Source of the DNA: Mantamonas sphyraenae STR306
Taxonomy: Eukaryota > Protista > CRuMs
Direction of reading: 5' to 3'
Length of the DNA stretch: 64,000 bases
NCBI GenBank assembly: GCA_026936335.1
Contig: JAPMXV010000017.1
Coordinates: 124,001 to 188,000, forward strand
The position numbers were made by a program, and so were the translations under genes. Below the pieces are notes generated by a model. That model saw only the letters and a program-made list of their open reading frames with translations. It searched no databases and was not told the DNA's origin. Below are positions 11,396 through 23,840 of this stretch, one piece after another (position 1 is the first letter of the stretch; every line of letters starts with the position of its first letter).

Positions 11396-13878
11396 ATGGA
11401 ACTGGAGGACGACGGGGGCACGGGCTCGGCTTCGGCCATGTCCATGTCCAGCGCGTCGGCATCATCGAGCATGTTTGAATCGTGGCGTAGCAACAGTAGC
11501 AACAGTAGCAACAGTAGCAACAGTAGCAACAGTAGCAACAGTAGCAACAGCAGCAGCAATGGCGGAGGAGGAGCGATCGAAGCACAGCAACGCACAGCCA
11601 AAGCGGTGGCGGAACTGCTGGAGCTGGTCGAAAGTGGCCAAGCGGCGGCGGTGCACCAATGGTGTTCATACAACAAGACTCTGGCCAAATCGCTGCCGTG
11701 GCAGTCCATGCGTGCAGCCAATGGGGACAACGTGATCCACGTGGCTGTTCGAACCCAGAACCCCGACTCTGTGGCCTTTCTGCTCAACTTCCTGGCCGAT
11801 TCCATCTGTAGGGCGCTTCTGGAGCAGGAAAACAATGGTGAGTGGGCGCTGGAGCACACTCGCTCATTCTCCTATGCCCTGTGGACAGCTGTGCGGCTGC
11901 TTTTTGCAAAGTTCATTCTGGCCGGATTCCTTGGCGTTTCCCGGACAACGCTAACGCCTCTCCTGTGCGGCCTTTCTGCCATGTACACGCACACACACAC
12001 ACACACAACCACGACACAGACGGCGACACACCCGTGGACATTGACACGAGTGCAGAGGTGGAAGCTGTGCTTGGCATCCATCTGCGTTTGCTGGACGACG
12101 AGTTCCACCAATTTGGCTCGGCGTCGGCCACCAGCGACTCGGAGAGCGAAAGCGTGAGGACAGGCGGCGACAGCGAACCCAGACAGCGATCCTCGTCCAA
12201 TGGATCCGTGCATGGCCACGACATCATCGAAGAGTACACGCCGGACCCGATGCAGCTGGAAGAGATGAACGGTGCTGACGTGGAGGTCGACGATGACAAT
12301 CTCAAGGCCGCGTTGGGCATTGACGTCAACAAACGTCGCAAGCAGGCCGCGAAGCGAGCCAAGCGAAAACTACGCAAGGCACGAATGCGCGAACTGGAAG
12401 CCGATGGCATGGTGCATGACGATTCCATTGAGGACGGGTTGCACCTGCTTCTCGGTCAGGATGGGGTCGGTGTGGGCAGCAGCAGTAGCTTCAGCCAGAG
12501 TGGGAGTGGGTCGCAACCGGACACACCCACCTATGGACGCAGTCCCACGGGCCAATCCAAGTCGCAACCGGTGCTGTTTGGCTCCTCCAGGCGGCATTTG
12601 GCGCCGAGCATCCCACGTGTGTTTCCCGAGGGCAACGCCAGCCGCTATGCGAGCGGGCCGTCGGGAGAGGAGGAAGATCACAGTGGCGACATACAGGGTG
12701 AACAACAGGACGAGAGAGGTGGAAGGGGAGGCCCCACAGCGGAGCCGGCCTCGATCCTGTCACGAGAACCCATACCGCAGGTGACGGTGATCCATGCCAG
12801 CAACAGCGGAGACGACGGCGACGTCGAAGTGGACGAGGATGAGAACGACGAAGGAGGCGCGGGTCATCATGTTGATCTGGATGAGTTGGATGCAGAGGAG
12901 GTGCATCAGGTGGAGGAGGAAGAAGTGGCAGCAGCTGCACCGCAGGCCGCACCCATCGAGGCAGAGGTGGTGCAACAGCCACATCAAGTTAATGTCGAGA
13001 ATGCACAGCCTCAGGTCGGCCAAGGTAGGGTGGCGGAGCAACAGGAAGAGGAGGAGGAGGAACAGGAGCATCCGCCAGAGTGCAAGATCTGCAAGGTGGG
13101 ACCTGAGGACGACGAGCAGTCGGGCGAACTGATCTCGCCGTGCCTTTGCGACGGCTCGATGGCATTTGTGCACCGCGAATGTCTGGATACGTGGACACGA
13201 CACCAGCAAGCGTTGGGAAGGGTTGCACTCAGGTGTGAGATTTGCCACGGCCTGTATGCACGCGAGAATGTGGTCATGTGGGACAAACTGCTTCCGGCGG
13301 TGCTGGAGAAGTATGGGTCACGCGAGGCTCTGCAACACTACGCCTTTGTGCTCACCCTGGTTGGCTCGTTCGACGCGTACGTCTCCGCCTGCCTCTATCT
13401 CTTCTTTGGTCCCACCTACTACCCATACGTGGATGGTTGGCTGGGTGCGCCGTCGCTCCTAACGGGACTCATCGTGCGCATCGGGCGTTTGGGCCTGTGT
13501 GCGGCCATGGCGTATCTGCTGCCCCCGAATCACCTGTCGCCCTTGTACAAACTGCGCATGGTCGGCATGCTGGTCGCTCTGGCGCTCGCCTCGGGCTACG
13601 TTGCAAAGGTGTTGATGTACATTCTGCTGCCCGTGCTCTTCTCGTCGGGATGGGTGGCATGGGAGTATGGCCTGGCACACTCTGTGCTTGGCCTCCTCAC
13701 TGTCGCCGCCGTCGTTCTCGCAGGCTCTGCCCTCTCGGGTGAGCTGCGCACGTATGTGACTGCTGCCTACCTGGGTGCCGTCCACCTGTATGTACACTGC
13801 CACCACCGCTTCATCGACTGGTGGCAACCGCGCATCATGGACAGCGTGGCCATCCAGCGCTACGCCAACCGATCGTGA
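11396..13878 (+). CDS. RING-CH (MARCH-type) membrane E3 ubiquitin ligase with N-terminal ankyrin-like repeat
   Basis: C4HC3 RING-CH CKIC...ISPCLCDGSMAFVHRECLDTW...CEICH (13081-13250) followed by several TM segments; ankyrin-like NGDNVIHVAVRTQNPDSVAFLL in exon 1; donor GTGAGT at 11838. Confidence 0.8.
11489..11557 (+). repeat. 9-bp tandem repeat (AGCAACAGT)n encoding SNS repeats
   Basis: About 7 copies visible directly. Confidence 0.9.
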
Positions 13879-13956
13879 CGCAACAACAACACAAATGGAA
13901 AAAATTGCAACTCTCAGTGGAAAACATGCGTGTTGACGATTGCCTCTGGCACGGAT

Positions 13957-15416
13957 TTACTCCTTGCTCTCGTCGCCGTCCTTCTTCTTGTTCGACTTTT
14001 TGACATCCTCGAGCATTTTGCTGAAACGCGGGTCGCTCTTGTCCACACCGGGCAACGAGCCCAGCATGTCTGCCATGAACTCCTCGTCGTCTTCGTCGTC
14101 TTCCTCCTCCTCTTCATCCTCGTCGTTGTTGCCGCTGTGTGAGTTGGACGCCCCGCCAGCAAGCGACATTTGCAACGCCCTCTGCATCGCCTCGTTCTCG
14201 TCATCTTCGTCGTCCTCTTCCTCGTCATCCTCCTCATCGTCGTCCTCAGCCGCGTTGCCACCCGATGTGCTTGTGGTTGTGGTTGTGGTGCTTTGGCCTG
14301 CATCTGCCTTGTCCTCCACATCCATTGTGTCGTTGTTGCTGCCCTCTGTGTCTGTGTTGTTGTTGCTGTTGCTGTTGTTGTTGTTGTTGGCCTCATCCAG
14401 AGATGCCTGGGTGGCCTCTGCCTCTGCGCGCTGTTGTGCCTCGCGGATGGACTCCTGCATGGCCGCGGCCATTTCCGGATCCAGGTTGGGGTTGAAGCCG
14501 CCAAACTCTTCAAACTGCATGCCTCCACCTGCGCCAGAGAGTCCCTCCACATCCATGCCACTGCCACCCATGTCACCTCCGCCTCCTCCGAGCCCGCCCA
14601 GGCCGCTGTCCACGTCGTAGAGCATGTTTGCGTTGCGGAGTGCGTCGCACACGTCCTTGTGCGCCTCCACACTCAGGAAGCGGGACGACTCGCCTGCCAC
14701 CTTGTTGACAAACTCCTGGAGCACCTCGTCGTTCTGTTCGTTCTCGCCCATGGAGATGACATCCACTGCCACGCCGGCCTTGCGCAGATCTGTCGCCAGC
14801 TTCTTCAGCGGCTTGGCCTCCACGTTCATCGGCGACCCGCAGAACAGGATCAGCCGCGAGTGCTGTGTCTTGTCCGACCGGTGCTTCAGTGCCAACTGAG
14901 AGGGTGTGTTTGCGCGTCCACGTGCATCGTCATTGTCAGTGCCGCTGCGACGCGCAGGAAACGCACATCGCGCGCAAAAGGGCGGAATGAATTCTGCCGC
15001 GGAGAGGGTTTTCCGCCTTCCGGCGCCCTACGCGAGCCTGTACAGAGCATAGGCACAACAAATCACACGACGACGCAACACAACAGGGCAAGGACATCAG
15101 ATGGACGTGACGCATGTCCCACAAAACCTACCGAAGCGATGCGTGCGGCCGAAATAAAGTCGCAGTCGCCATCGATCTCCACACCGTGCAGGCGCGCAAG
15201 CACCTTGCCGTCATCACGTGTTGGCGTCACCACCACTGTCGGCGAACGGCCGGCCATGGACAAGAGACCCACTTCGGTTTCTGGGTTGCCGTTGAGCTTG
15301 GCGGCTGTGATCATGTGCACGGCATCCACCTGTGCGTCGTGGCGAGTCGGGTAGAAGTCGCCGTTGCGCATGTACTCGCTGTTGTCGAGACAAATCATAA
15401 TACTCTCCTTCACCAT
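13957..15416 (-). CDS. PSMD4: 26S proteasome ubiquitin receptor Rpn10/S5a
   Basis: join(15416-15132, 14895-13957). vWA MICLDNSEYMRNGDF, LALKHR...FCGSP; UIM-like DPEMAAAMQESI and EAMQRALQMSL; LPGVD C-terminal motif. Confidence 0.95.
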
Positions 15417-15528
15417 GGTCGACGGTTGCGCTGCTTCCGGCGAGGGTGGGGGGGTCTGTTTTGGTGGCGGCAACGGCGCACCCACGGCGGCAAGTCGATC
15501 CCATTCTGATTCTCCACCACTGCACATC

Positions 15529-17696
15529 ATGAACGCTTCCACCGTGGACATTGACGCCATCTTTCGTGATCTGGGCGATCATATGCATTTGACGCGTGAC
15601 AAGGCTCAACGCAAGCTGGAACACTGCTTGATCATGGCTCGAGTGGCTCTCAAGCGCGAAGCGACGACCGAGGAGGATGTGGCCAAGCAGGAGCAGGCGG
15701 CAAAGGATGTGGCAACGATCCAGGAGGCGGTGCTGAGCATGCTGGCCAACAACGGCGAGTGGGAACAGCTGCAGAGCGGTTTCAATGCAGCCAAGGTGAG
15801 TGAAAGGGCGGAATCGGGTACCCAACCGTGTGCATTGCGGATTTGACTCACACGCGCCGTACGCACGCTACACAGGCCGTGGTGCCACTGACGGACAAGG
15901 AACGGGACATCGAATGGCTGGAGCGTGTTGTGGAGTACGTGGACGCGTATCTGGAGCATGAAGAGGTGCGTGTGCGCAACGCGTTGTGCGAGTGCCTGCT
16001 TGAGCTTGCGCGCACCCTGGGCGTGGACTTGCTGCACCAGATGCAAAGCCGCTTGTACGAGTCGATCGAAAGCAACATGGAGCGTGTGGCAGAGGTGACC
16101 GAGGAGGAGGATGTACAGAAATTGGAGGCGAACAAGGACGGGACGTTTGGCACCGACGGCCCGCTGAGCGGACGCGTGTCGCCGCGTGGTTTTGGTGTGG
16201 GCATGAGTGTGGGTGCTGGAACGAGCATGATGCACGATACCGAAGGCTGGAAGTGTTTGGAGACGTCGCTGAAGGCGCTGCAGTCGATCCTGCGCGGTCT
16301 GGACACAGAGGCACGGGGCGAGGTTGACGAACAGATGCTGGGACTGGTGGAGATCAGTGTACAGCACAGCAACCGTTTTGTACGCGAGATCGGCCACTTT
16401 ACGTGTGCGACGATTGCCCATGTGGTGGACAGCGACACAATGGAATCGTTGTGGAAGCTGCTGGCAGGGCTGATTGCAGACGGCCTGGCAGACAACTGGA
16501 GCCAGGTGCGCTTCAGTGCGTCTGTGGCTGTGCGTGAGCTGATGGCCAACCTGAGCGAGAGCGCAAAGGAGGCAGCGTACGAGTTGCTGTTGCCACGCAT
16601 GTGTCTCAATCGCTACTATGTGGCTGAAGGAGTGCGCGTGTACTCGCAGGACACGTGGAAGCGTGTGGTGGGCATGGAAGGACGCACTCTGGTGGCCAAG
16701 TACATCGACGCAACGGTGGCGTACTACGTGGAGAGTGCCAAGGCAGACAACCATGCCGTGCGCGAGGCAGCCTGCCACTGCATGGCCGAACTGGCCACCA
16801 AGATTGACGCCGATGCAGTGCGTGCACATGTGCCCACCATGCTCACTGCCCTGCTGGATTGCTTCCGCGATGCCAGCTGGCCTGTACGCGATGCAGCCTG
16901 CAACGCTACAGGCAGCTTTGTGGCCGCCTGCAAAGAGGAGTCGCGCGAGGTGCTGGACGAGCTCTACCACCTGTGGATTGCTCACCTCAGCGACAACATC
17001 TGGAGTGTGCGCGAGAACAGCGCCGTGTCCTTGGGCAAGGTGGTGCGTGCGTACGGCGATGAGGCCATGGAGCGCGTGGGTCCTGTGCTGGACGAACTCC
17101 TGCGTGCTGTGTACGACCAGCCCGAAGACAGCGTCAGCATGGCTGGGTTGGACAATGTGACGCAGTTTGGTGTGGCCGGCAGCTCCAAGGCCGCACGCGA
17201 CAACGACAAGGCGCTGCACTCGGACCAGCCCATGTTTTCCTGCGGCTCATTGGCACCTAAGCTGGCACGCGGCGCAGGCTGCATGGACCACGGTTTCACG
17301 CGCGAGAAGGAGCCCTGGGAGAGCACCGATGGAGCCGTGTATCTGCTGCGTGAGGTGGCAGCAAACGGGTATGCAGACGCCGCCATGGAGCACATCGACA
17401 CCCTGGCGGATATTGCTGACCTGGACATGCCTTTTGTGCACTACCCGTACCTGTTGGAAACCGTGTGGAAGCAGCTGCCCCTGCTGTGTGCCTCTCTGGG
17501 CGCTGAACGTACCCGTCTTGTCCTGCCCAAATTCGTCAAGGCCTACCAGCGTGCCGTCAACTGCGGCCACAACCTTGCCAGCAGTGCAGCGGAAGATGTG
17601 GTCACTGTGCTTGCCCGTGAGCTGCCCATGCTCTCCCAGAAAGAGATCAAGGAGCGATTGGGCCTGTCGCTGCGAAGCGTGTTTGACGCCGAGTGA
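15529..17696 (+). CDS. HEAT-repeat protein of unknown function
   Basis: join(15529-15795, 15876-17696). HEAT motifs DNWSQVRFSAS, DNHAVREAAC, DASWPVRDAAC, DNIWSVRENSA. Confidence 0.8.
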
Positions 17697-17738
17697 AATG
17701 AGAACGGTGAGACGTGAAAAATTTTGTACATAAAGAAG

Positions 17739-18464
17739 CTACGGGGCTACGTGAGCACGCAGTGCAAGATACTCGTGCAATGCATCCAAATGGAGTGAGC
17801 TTGGGGCGTTGGAACACCGCGAATGAGCGTCGAGTTTCTCGCGCACGACCGCGTCGGATGGACGCAGGCTGTGACGTTGCAAATGGGTGTACTGCAGTCG
17901 CATCGAGTCGCTGCGCACGTCGATGGGATGTTCTGAGGTGACGTTGGCTGCCAACGGTGCCAGCTGCAGAGCCGTTTCGGCGCAAAAGGTTTCGGCCGTT
18001 TGCCGCACGCGCTTCTTGCCCAGCTGCACAAAGTGGTGCACCCACGTGTTCTGCGTTGACGCAGAAGTGCCATGAGCGTGGCTGGCAGCCAGCACAGACA
18101 CCATGTGCACGCCGTTTGCAGCGTCAAAGTACTCGCGACCAAGATCTTTGCCTGGTTTGTTGCGGTGGGTGATCTCAAACGCCGCCACGTATGCCTCGGG
18201 CAAAGTTACATCGGCCACAGAGTGTTGTGATTGCTTGGAATCACCCTGCTGGTCCACCTGCTCTCGCATGCGCTCCAGATCGTCAGGATCAATCACCTGT
18301 TCTGGCTGCAGACCCATTTCCTGTGCCAGTTGGACAACCTCTGCATGCGGGTCAGAAGTTGGTGTATCCTCTGCACTGCTTCCGTCGTCGGACGCCGTTG
18401 CTTCCGCCAGAGAGGCCAGGAGGAGGAGGAGGAGGATGGAAAGGAGCAGCGGAAGGCGGGACAT
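17739..18464 (-). CDS. Secreted/lumenal protein of unknown function
   Basis: Signal peptide MSRLPLLLSILLLLLLASLAEATA; 241-aa ORF. Confidence 0.6.
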   Translation of the reverse strand: MSRLPLLLSILLLLLLASLAEATASDDGSSAEDTPTSDPHAEVVQLAQEMGLQPEQVIDPDDLERMREQVDQQGDSKQSQHSVADVTLPEAYVAAFEITHRNKPGKDLGREYFDAANGVHMVSVLAASHAHGTSASTQNTWVHHFVQLGKKRVRQTAETFCAETALQLAPLAANVTSEHPIDVRSDSMRLQYTHLQRHSLRPSDAVVREKLDAHSRCSNAPSSLHLDALHEYLALRAHVAP

Positions 18465-18540
18465 GGTGATTGTTCTGCGCAGACGTGCGCAGTGGAAACG
18501 CAGTTGTTGTGCACAAAGGGCAGTCGCGCGTGTACAGACC

Positions 18541-19209
18541 ATGTCCATCTCCATGCTCAAGGGCTACGGCTCGGAGGACTCGTCTGACTCGGAAGCAGAG
18601 CCTGACGGCGGGGAGCGCATGGACACCGAGGTGGCGTCTGAGCCACCAAAGGAGAATGGAGACACACAGGGCAAAGGAAACTCAGAAGACGAAGTGGAGG
18701 CGGCTATTGAGGAGCCAGGCGACGTGATTGCACACACAGAGACGCAGGAGGAGCAGGAAGAGACGGGAGAGGTGATTCCACCCGACGAGACACACGTGTC
18801 GACGCTGGACAAGACACTGGGTGACGAATTCGTGCCCAGCGCTCACCAACAGGAACTCATCGACCGATTCCTGCCACCTGCGCCGGAGGAGGAAGCTGCA
18901 CCGGCGTTGCAGGAGCGCATCGCAACGTTTCTGAGCAAGCCGCAGGATTTCAATGCCACACTCGAGCAGCGCAAGGACTTTCGCAACCCCGAGTTTGTGT
19001 CACAGCTCACACAAGCGGTGGAAGTGGACGAGCGGGCAAGCATGCTGAGCTGGGCCCCAAGTGCAGGGCGCTTCGGCAAGAGCGAGCTCTACACCTCCAT
19101 CCACGCCAAACAGAAACAGAGACAGCAAGAGAGAGCCAATGCGCAGAAGGGCAAGCCGAGGGAATTTGTTGCATCATCGTCATCCTCGTCGTCTGCCAAC
19201 AGGTATTAA
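18541..19209 (+). CDS. SAP30BP: SAP30-binding protein (HCNGP family)
   Basis: N-terminal YGSEDSSDSE; core LPPAP...LQERI...FNATLEQRKDFRNPEF...VEVDE. Confidence 0.85.
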   Translation: MSISMLKGYGSEDSSDSEAEPDGGERMDTEVASEPPKENGDTQGKGNSEDEVEAAIEEPGDVIAHTETQEEQEETGEVIPPDETHVSTLDKTLGDEFVPSAHQQELIDRFLPPAPEEEAAPALQERIATFLSKPQDFNATLEQRKDFRNPEFVSQLTQAVEVDERASMLSWAPSAGRFGKSELYTSIHAKQKQRQQERANAQKGKPREFVASSSSSSSANRY

Positions 19210-19215
19210 TATGAA

Positions 19216-21239
19216 TCACACGCGCACCCGAATGTTGCCCAGGCGCTCCGTCAGCTTCGGGTTCTCCTCGTAGTCGATGTTGAGAGCAACGAGAGAAGGC
19301 TTGTTGGTGGAGCTGTGGGTTGTGTATGTGTGTGTGTGTGTGCGGGAGGGGAGGGGTGGGGGTGGGGGTGTGTGAGTGCCGGCAACAGGAACGTCATCTC
19401 TTTGTCTCCCTACTCTGCCAACATACAATGCCTTCTCGAGCGTGTCGGCCAGGTCTGTGCTACGCTCGACCATGTATCCGTCCCAGCCAAAGGCGTCGGC
19501 AAACTTGAGAAAGTCCGGGTTGCCAAAGCCAAGGTTGGAATGCTTGCCCTTGAAGTGGTTCTGCTGCTTCCACTTGATCAGGTTGTAGCCCCCATCGACC
19601 CACACCATCACCACGATGTTGATGCCGTAGCGCACCGCGGTTTCCATGTCCTGCGAGTTCATGAGGAAGCCACCGTCACCGCAGATGGCCAGCACACGTC
19701 GCTCCGGATACAGCAGCTTGGCAGCCATGGCACCGGGCAGGGCAAAACCCATGGAGCAGAAGCCGTTGCTGATGAGGCAGGTGTTGGGCTCGTGGCATTG
19801 GTAGTAGCGAGCAATCCACATCTTGTGTGCGCCCACATCACTCAGCAGGATGTCTTCGGGGCCCATGACCTGACGAACGTCCCACAACACCTTTTGCGGC
19901 TTGATCACCGCCGTGTCGTCGTCTTTGTAGGTGGCAAAGTCGTCCAGGAGAGCCTGGCGCATCTCTGCAGCCAGGGAAAAGTCAAAGTCCAGCTCGCCAG
20001 CCTTGACCTTGGCCACACGCTCGTTCAGCTGCCACAGGCTGTGTGACAGGTCTCCCACAATCTCCAGCTCAACCTCGTAGTGGCGGTCGACCTCTGCGGC
20101 GAGAAAGTCGATGTGGATGATGCGCTTGTCGCAGTCGGGGTTCCAAAGGCGCGGATGGTACTCCACCAGGTCGTAGCCAATGGCCAGGATGCAATCACTT
20201 TCGTCCAGCACATAGTTGCTGTAGTCCTTCTGCTGGAGACCCACGGTGAAGAGGGCGTAGTCTGCGTCCATGTCCACACAGCCCTTGGCCATAAAGGTGT
20301 TGATCACGGGGATCCCTGTGGCCTCGCAGAAGAGACGCAGCTGTTTGGAAGCTCGCTTGCGCACACATCCGTTGCCAGCAAGGATGACGGGCTTCTTGCT
20401 GTTGCGCAGCAGCTCAAACGCCTGGTCGGCAATCTTGTCGTCGGCGCCCGGACGACGCACCTTTTTCGCAGACAAGGGCTTCTGGAACGCCGTTTCCATG
20501 CCAGCGATGTTTTCGCTGAGCTCGATGTGGCACGCACCTGGCTTTTCCGTGGTGGCAAGCTTGAACGCCTTGCGAACAATCTCGGGGATGTTCTTCGGGT
20601 GGCGCACCGGCTGGGCCCACTTTGTCACCGGGTCAAACATGGCTGTGAAGAGGGTTGATGGATGGATGCCTGTCAGTGACTGTACACATGAATGGTAGTG
20701 GCAGCGGCAGTGGAATTGTGCTCAATGGTGGCAACTCACACACAACATCCATGGCCTGATGCGACTCCTTGTGCAGACGCAACGTGTCTGCCTGGCCAGT
20801 CACCACAATCATGGGCGCGCGGTCCATGTTGCCGTCAGCCACGCCGGTGAGGAGGTTGGTTGCTCCGGGCCCCAGGGTGCTGGTGGCGTAGGGCGAACGA
20901 TATGTCAGCAGATTTTCGCACAAAGTCTCCGCTGAAAAGGCAACCTTGCCCAATTCCGGCTACAGGACAAAGTGCACACACTTACCCAAAGCACACGGCG
21001 CAGGTGCCAGTCAGACGTCCGTGCACATCAGCCATAAAGGCGGCCACCTGCTCATGGCGCACAATGATGGTCTTGATCTGCTCGCTTGACTCCACAGACA
21101 TGATGAAATCGGCGTTCTCCTCGCCTGGCAGACCAAAGACAAACTCCACGCCTTCGTTCTCCAGACATTTTACGAAAAGGTCGGATGCTTTGATTGTCTC
21201 TTCGACGTTGTCGTTGCTGCTGCTGCTGCTGCTGCTCAT
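19216..21239 (-). CDS. ThDP-dependent enzyme, acetolactate-synthase-like; resembles cyanobacterial 2-oxoglutarate decarboxylase (OgdA)
   Basis: join(21239-20986, 20879-20740, 20642-19427, 19312-19216), all GT-AG and phase-consistent. Motifs CLENEGVEFVFGLPGEEN, RHEQ, TLGPGATNL, SDVGAHKMW, NTCLISNGF, GDGGFLMN. Confidence 0.85.
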
Positions 21240-21302
21240 GGAGATGCTTTTTGCGTGGTGGCGTCGGCGCGGGCACACGAAAACACGCTTTTCCAGCCCA
21301 TC

Positions 21303-23095
21303 ATGAGCAAGACGGAACAAATCGAAAAGATCAACCTGGCAGAAACATACCCGTTGTACCTGGCCAACGAGGCACAGAGTCCCAACACCGACCTGGAAGT
21401 GGTGGACAAGTTCACGGGCAAGGTGCGTTCTTTTTCCTTGTCTTTTTCCGGCTTTGCTCAAAGCGGAAAAGCGCACCCGGGACGAATCCGCTTTCCTGCA
21501 GGCTTGCGTGCAGGTGGGCGTTTCCCACGCCTGTGCCGGGACCACCCATTTGCACATGCGTGTGCACTGCACTCTTGGATAGCCGGAACACTCCGCAGCT
21601 GACGCACAGAAACTCTCCGCTTCCCAGGTGGCCACCAAGGTGGCTGTGGCTGACGCCGACATGGTCAACGAAGCCATCGACGCAGCCGTGGCAGCGCAAA
21701 AAGAGATGGCCAAACTGCCATCCTACAAGCGCAAGGAGATCCTGCTCTCGGTGGTGGAGCAGCTGCGCGAACGCCACGAGGAGCTTTCGCAGGCCCTGTG
21801 CATCGAAGCAGGCAAGCCGATCAAGTGAGTGGTGGGCACGCGTGCATGATACATACACACACGCAGAGAGAGAGAGAGAGAGGGAGAGAGGGGTAGAGAG
21901 TGTTGACACCCAAGCCTTTGGACACAGGGACGCACGAGGAGAGGTGACGCGTGCCATCGACACGTTCACCATTGCGGCTGAGGAGGCAGTGCGCAACTAT
22001 GGCGAGTGGGCACCCATGGACATTTCCAGTCGTGCACATGGATTCCAGAGCATCACACGCCGCTTCCCGATCGGCCCTATTGGCATGATTTCGCCCTTCA
22101 ACTTTCCCATCAACCTTGCCGCACACAAGATTGCGCCTGCCATCGCCGCCGGTTCGTCGTTTGTGCTCAAGCCTGCGTCTCGCACGCCCATTGGCGCCCT
22201 TCTCATGGGCGAGATGCTGGCCAAGACGGATCTGCCCAAGGGGGCGTTCTCCATCCTGCCGTGCTCGCGAGAGGCCGGTGATCTGCTGACCACCGACGAG
22301 CGCATCGAAGTGTTGAGCTTCACCGGTTCGCCCGGAGTGGGATGGAGCATGAAGGAGCGTGCAGGCAAGAAAAAGGTGGTGCTGGAGCTTGGAGGCAACG
22401 CCGCGTGTGTGGTGGATGCAGACGCAGACATCGACGCTGCCGTCAAGCGCATCATGATTGGTGCATTCTACCAAAGTGGCCAGTCGTGCATTGGCGTGCA
22501 GCGCATCCTGGCCCACGTGGACATTTACGACGAACTCAAGGAGAAGCTGGCCGCGGCAGCCAGTGAGCTCAAGATGGGCGATCCTCGCGACCCGGAGACT
22601 TTCATTGGCCCCATGATTACAGAGAACGACGCCAAGCGCTGCGACGAGTGGGTGCAGGAGGCTGTCGAGCGTGGAGGCACCATCATTGCAGGCGGAAACC
22701 GCAAGGGTCAGTTCTACGAGGCCACCCTGGTGGACGTGGATGGCATCGACACCAAGGGTCTGCGTGTGGTTGACGACGAGGTGTTTGGTCCCGTGGCTGT
22801 GCTCACCAGCTTCAAGACCTTTGAACAGGCCGTGGAGCTGGTCAACGACAGTGTGTTTGGCCTCCAGGCTGGCGTGTTCACCAACAACCTGCAGAACGCC
22901 TTTTATGCCTTTGAAAACATGGTGGTGGGTGGCGTGGTCATTGGCGACGTGCCCAGCGTACGCGTCGACGCACAGGCGTACGGCGGCGTCAAAGACTCGG
23001 GTCTCGGCCGCGAGGGGATCCGATATGCCATGAAGGACTTTTCCGAGGAACGTGTGATGATGCTCAAGGGCATTGGCGGTGGTTCGTGGGCATGA
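21303..23095 (+). CDS. Aldehyde dehydrogenase, ALDH21-like (probable succinic semialdehyde dehydrogenase)
   Basis: join(21303-21422, 21628-21824, 21928-23095). YPLYLANEAQSPNTDLEV N-terminus, ISPFNFP, LKPASRTP, FTGSPGVGW, catalytic ELGGNA and GQSCIGVQR, YGGVKDSGLGREG. Confidence 0.9.
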
Positions 23096-23137
23096 ATGCA
23101 CATGACAAATGCAGTGAATGGAATGAAGAAGTCAGTT

Positions 23138-23764
23138 TTACTCAGCCTTGCGGCGCTTGGTCTCCTCGTCATCCTCCTGCCACTCCGACTTGTCCAGGTC
23201 GCCAATGTAGTAGTCGTGGACAATGTCAAAGGCCTTGCTCGGGTGTTGGTCGCCGTAGAAGCCCTGGGTGTTGTCCTTGCCCGGGTTGTTGAGGATGGCA
23301 TCTTCACCCACGTGATCATCCACGTACTCGGTGACGTCGTACACCTTGTTGTCAATGATCAGCCACAGGTCGTCGCGTTTGTTGTGCTTGGCCACCTCTG
23401 CGCGTGTGTAAGTCTGTGTGGAGCGTGTCAGTTCGCCTGCTCTTCGTGAACTTTCCACGTCCATGCGCTTTGCACACACACACGCACACACGGTGGGTCT
23501 CCCGATCGACCCACACCGCTTGCCTGTGCGCCAATGCACAGGTCCGTTTGTGTGCTCAACACAGGCATGGCCATGGGCTGCGAGTGCATGCCACCCTCCC
23601 TGGGCTCCACCCACCTTCTTCTCCTCCTTCTTCTTGCCGCCTTTTGTGCTCTTCTTGCTGGTGGCAGACCCGCTCAAGAAGAAGCGGATGGTGTACAGGA
23701 CCATGAGGGCCACCACCACGTAGGGAAGGATGTCTTGCGGCTGCAGTGCCTGCACGTCGGCCAT
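23138..23764 (-). CDS. Cytochrome b5-like heme-binding protein with N-terminal TM anchor
   Basis: EVAKHNKRDDLWLIIDNKVYDVTEYVDDHVG...QHP with both His ligands; N-terminal hydrophobic segment; probable intron near 23414-23614. Confidence 0.85.
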   Translation of the reverse strand: MADVQALQPQDILPYVVVALMVLYTIRFFLSGSATSKKSTKGGKKKEEKKVGGAQGGWHALAAHGHACVEHTNGPVHWRTGKRCGSIGRPTVCACVCAKRMDVESSRRAGELTRSTQTYTRAEVAKHNKRDDLWLIIDNKVYDVTEYVDDHVGEDAILNNPGKDNTQGFYGDQHPSKAFDIVHDYYIGDLDKSEWQEDDEETKRRKAE

Positions 23765-23840
23765 CGTGTCTGGTTGTTCGGGTTTTGCAGTGCTCAGGCC
23801 GCCGCGCGCAGCTCCAACAAAACCCACACACACACTCACA

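Noticed and set aside
11257-11859. Poly-Leu 'transmembrane' N-terminal extension of the 1161-aa ORF
   Set aside because: Antisense reading of the AGCAACAGT repeat in the neighbouring gene.
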